Assembly (NCBI GenBank): GCA_034111125.1
Contig: JAWUXW010000059.1
Coordinates: forward strand, 1 to 47,199
Direction of reading: 5' to 3'
From: Paraglaciecola sp.
GTDB taxonomy: Bacteria > Pseudomonadota > Gammaproteobacteria > Enterobacterales > Alteromonadaceae
Length of the DNA: 47,199 nucleotides
The notes under the pieces are model-generated. The model made no database searches and was not told the origin of the DNA. It worked only from the letters and a program-made list of their open reading frames with translations. Shown here piece after piece: positions 44,201 through 47,199 of the stretch. Positions within the stretch are counted from its first letter, which is position 1. Each line of letters begins with the position of its first letter. The translations under genes were made by a program, and so were the position numbers.

Positions 44201-44300
44201 CCATTTAGTAAGTGTTTTATTTCATTTGTATCTACAAAGCGCTTTCTGTAAGCATTTACATTGTTTTGTAAGTTTTTTTTGTGTATTGTAAGTGTTTTAT
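44201..44300 (+). repeat. Degenerate tandem array of 5 x 20 bp with a GTAAG core
   Basis: GTA(AG) starts at 44208, 44228 (GTATC), 44248, 44268 and 44288. Confidence 0.75.
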
Positions 44301-44390
44301 CGAAAAAAATATTTTTTCTTGGGAAAACAGCTTAGAACAAGCTGTAATAACTAAAGTATTGAATAGTTCACTGAATAAGTAAAGTTTAAA

Positions 44391-45950
44391 ATGATACCTC
44401 TTGGATATGCCTACTTAAATCAACACTACAATTTATTGCTTCCAAAGCTAGATCTTGAGGTATATCAAGATCCTCAGGCCGATTCAGAAAAAATAATTTC
44501 ATACGGTGCATCAAAAAGAAAAATTATTCCAGGAAATCGAAAAAAAGCAGAAACACCTTTTGAAAATATGATCGCAGCAATCAAATATCAGGGAATTAGA
44601 ATACATTTTTTCGCTGCTATCTTCAAAAATGTCGATGCTGTGGCACTTGCCTCCTTCATAGCAGAGAAACCAAACTCAAAATATAACAGAGTAATTTGGT
44701 ACTTGTATGAGTGGCTAACCGAACAGAAATTAGTGATTAATGATCTAACCAAAGGTAATTACATTCAATTATTTGAAGATGAATTCTATTATACAATAGC
44801 TGATGGCGACAAAGATAAACGAACTAGAGTCATTAACAATGCTATTGGCACCAGAGACTTTTGCCCTACTATTCGAAAAACGGCACAAGTTAAAGCATTA
44901 GAAAATATAGATGTATATCAGACAGCTTACGCGGAAATGCAAAAAATAGGCGAACCTTTAACAGCCGATGTCCTCGGTCGTTCAATTAACTATCTTTATA
45001 CCAAAGAAACCAAATCATCTAACGAAATAGAAAAAGAAACGCCTGACAAACATAAAATGAAACGATTTTTGAATGTCATAAAAAACGTCGGGTTATTCGA
45101 ATTGACGAAAGAAAAGTTAATCGATTTGCAAAATAAAATAGTAGAAGAAAACAAAAGAGCATCAGACTATCGCACTGACGAAATATACGTCGGCACCACA
45201 ATTCACCGTCTTAGTGGTGTAGACGAAGATGTTCATTATGTGGGAGCACTTGCTAAACATGTACCTAGTATGATGCAAGGTCTATTGAGAACACATGAGA
45301 AGCTGATGATTGATGCCAGTGTGCCAGCGCTAATACATGCAACGGCAATATCATTTGGTGAAGTATATATTCACCCTTTGGATGATGGAAATGGCCGCAT
45401 CCATCGCTATCTAATTCACGACGTGATGAAACAACGTGAACCCGAGCACAAGTTTATAATTCCAATATCGGCTGCAATACTAAAAAACCAAAACCAATAT
45501 GATACTGTTTTAGAAACTATTTCTCGCCCCATTCTAGCAATGTTGGATTGGGAACTAGATAGTGAAAATGACAATAAGATGATCGTTCATAATGATATTG
45601 ATTACATGTATCGCTATCCTGACTATACCGAGCACGTAAAGTTTGTCTATGACATGATGAACAAAGCAATATCAAATGAACTTGTTGAAGAAATAGGACT
45701 ACTTATCATTTTTGATGCTATTAAAGGGGCAATTAATAATTTAACTGATATCCCAAACATTACCATTGATAAAATAACGTCAATTATTATTAACGGGGGT
45801 GGAAAAGTATCAAACGCAAAACAAAAATTTGTTCTTTCGCATATAAAACAAGAAAAACTAGTTATAATTGAGAAGTTATCAATTCAATTAATTCAGGCAA
45901 TGCAAGATAAAATTAACGTAGATGTACAAGATTTAATGAAAAAGAAATAA
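44391..45950 (+). CDS. Fic-domain protein (519 aa)
   Basis: HPLDDGNGRIHR Fic motif and an upstream SNEIEK inhibitory-helix-like motif; AT-rich. Confidence 0.92.
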   Translation: MIPLGYAYLNQHYNLLLPKLDLEVYQDPQADSEKIISYGASKRKIIPGNRKKAETPFENMIAAIKYQGIRIHFFAAIFKNVDAVALASFIAEKPNSKYNRVIWYLYEWLTEQKLVINDLTKGNYIQLFEDEFYYTIADGDKDKRTRVINNAIGTRDFCPTIRKTAQVKALENIDVYQTAYAEMQKIGEPLTADVLGRSINYLYTKETKSSNEIEKETPDKHKMKRFLNVIKNVGLFELTKEKLIDLQNKIVEENKRASDYRTDEIYVGTTIHRLSGVDEDVHYVGALAKHVPSMMQGLLRTHEKLMIDASVPALIHATAISFGEVYIHPLDDGNGRIHRYLIHDVMKQREPEHKFIIPISAAILKNQNQYDTVLETISRPILAMLDWELDSENDNKMIVHNDIDYMYRYPDYTEHVKFVYDMMNKAISNELVEEIGLLIIFDAIKGAINNLTDIPNITIDKITSIIINGGGKVSNAKQKFVLSHIKQEKLVIIEKLSIQLIQAMQDKINVDVQDLMKKK

Positions 45951-46089
45951 ATTCTAGATACTCTTTATGAATTAAAGCGTAGATAACGATGTTTAAAAAG
46001 CAACTTGAAGGTGAGCTTACGGCAGCCTAGCTCAACTTAGTCCTTTTGATCTGATTTAATATTTGTCACTTATTTATCAGGACGCAGAT

Positions 46090-46325
46090 ATGTCAAATCA
46101 AGATCAATTGTCGCCGCATTTGAGCAATGGCGTAACAATAGAAATGGCCGCCAAGTGGCCACACCCGAACATTTACGCCAGCAGGCCGTTTTATTACTCG
46201 AACATTACGCTTCTAGCACGATAACTTCCGCGCTGCGGATCAGCGGCGCTCAGTTGAAACAATGGCGTGAAGTATTGCTTCCTGCCAACACGGATTTTGT
46301 CAGCCTGCCGTTAACCAATCAGCTA
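46090..46325 (+). mobile_element. IS66-family accessory (TnpA-like) gene remnant
   Basis: RBS and ATG at 46090, an early frameshift, then AFEQWR..TPEHLRQQAVLLL..ITSALRISGAQLKQW..FVSL. No tnpB/tnpC follows. Confidence 0.55.
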
Positions 46326-46413
46326 GTCAAATATGGATGGGATCGCTTAAAAAACGTTCGCGATCTTGCCCTGCCTATACTCCCTTCCTACTAACTTACT
46401 TAGGAATTGTTTA

Positions 46414-46743
46414 ATGTATTCTATACCGACTAAATTTCAATCTGTTGTTTACGGTACCCCACGAGTTTATGTATTGGCCGGTTTAAGTGCATTGGTGTTC
46501 ATTTCTTTTATTTCAGGCTCCGCCATATTCAGCGTTATTTTCAGTCTTTTGCTGGTCGCGTTGTATGTAAGAGTTATTGGCGTCTCCATTCATGATGATG
46601 TCCAGTATGGTAAGAGCTTTAACGTTCTGACCTTAAGTGCGCGGGAAGCAGAGAGTTTTAATGATAATGTACCGGTACCGACGGATTTGGACGCAAGCTC
46701 TGAGTCGTCAAATGCACCAGAGGCTGACAAAGACCCTTCATAA
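46414..46743 (+). CDS. Hypothetical small membrane protein
   Basis: AGGA RBS, two hydrophobic helices, acidic tail; 109 aa. Confidence 0.5.
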   Translation: MYSIPTKFQSVVYGTPRVYVLAGLSALVFISFISGSAIFSVIFSLLLVALYVRVIGVSIHDDVQYGKSFNVLTLSAREAESFNDNVPVPTDLDASSESSNAPEADKDPS

Positions 46744-47199
46744 CTTTCCACCAGCAACTCACACCCATTCAAACTGGCCCTGGTGCCAGTTTTTTGTACT
46801 TAATGTTTGTTTGGCACAGAGATTAAAAATTACTGCACCGGCTCCCGCTATCGCGAGTTTGTTGCATGCTGGTGGCGAATTATCGCCTTCCACCAGCAAG
46901 AGCCAGACTTAATAGATGGGTTGATTTGTGCAGTCGAGATTGCTTGAGTGAGTGATTTGCGCCTTGGCGATTGCTTGACAACATGTTTATTCGCGGTACG
47001 TTTGCTGTTGTTAGTGCCGACGTAAACCCGCAGTTATTTGCCGCAGTATAATAAGCGTAAAGGCATATAAACCAAGTTTTTATTCAAAAATGGTATTAAG
47101 GTCGACTCAGGGATCACTCACCCAAAGATTAAATTTTTGGCTTCAGCTACCTTACTCCTTTTCTTATAATCTGAGGCCCTTAACCAGTCTGCTCGAAGG

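Noticed and set aside
44201-44300. Repeat array as a CRISPR
   Set aside because: The period is only 20 bp with a core of 5-13 bp, and there are no cas genes.

Overview
Chromosomal window from a marine gammaproteobacterium, probably Alteromonadaceae (Paraglaciecola/Glaciecola-like; inferred from gene content and order, not from a search). Core blocks are GGDEF-hemB, gppA-rhlB/trxA-rho, purEK, prmA-accC-accB-aroQ, acpH-upp-M23-dsbD-fxsA and an RND pump with its TetR regulator. Accessory or eroding segments lie between them. (1) Two adjacent pseudogenes: an M20 amidohydrolase and a hybrid kinase with short deletions. (2) A degenerate tRNA-Thr(TGT) with an att-like copy of its 3' end, followed by an IS982 remnant, an mrp antiporter operon and a porin/PBP-like/GGDEF-EAL trio. 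(3) A MITE-like element in two copies. (4) A TPR/QseBC-like/cupredoxin/FTR1-like/beta-barrel operon that shares a PmrA/QseB-type promoter architecture with the divergent dsbD. (5) A ccdAB cassette bracketed by two alleles of one gene's 3' end. (6) An AT-rich Fic gene preceded by a 20-bp-period repeat array, then an IS66-type remnant. The best candidates for new biology are the two-component/FTR1/dsbD regulon, the Fic repeat array and the ccdAB insertion. All calls come from manual reading; no database searches were run.
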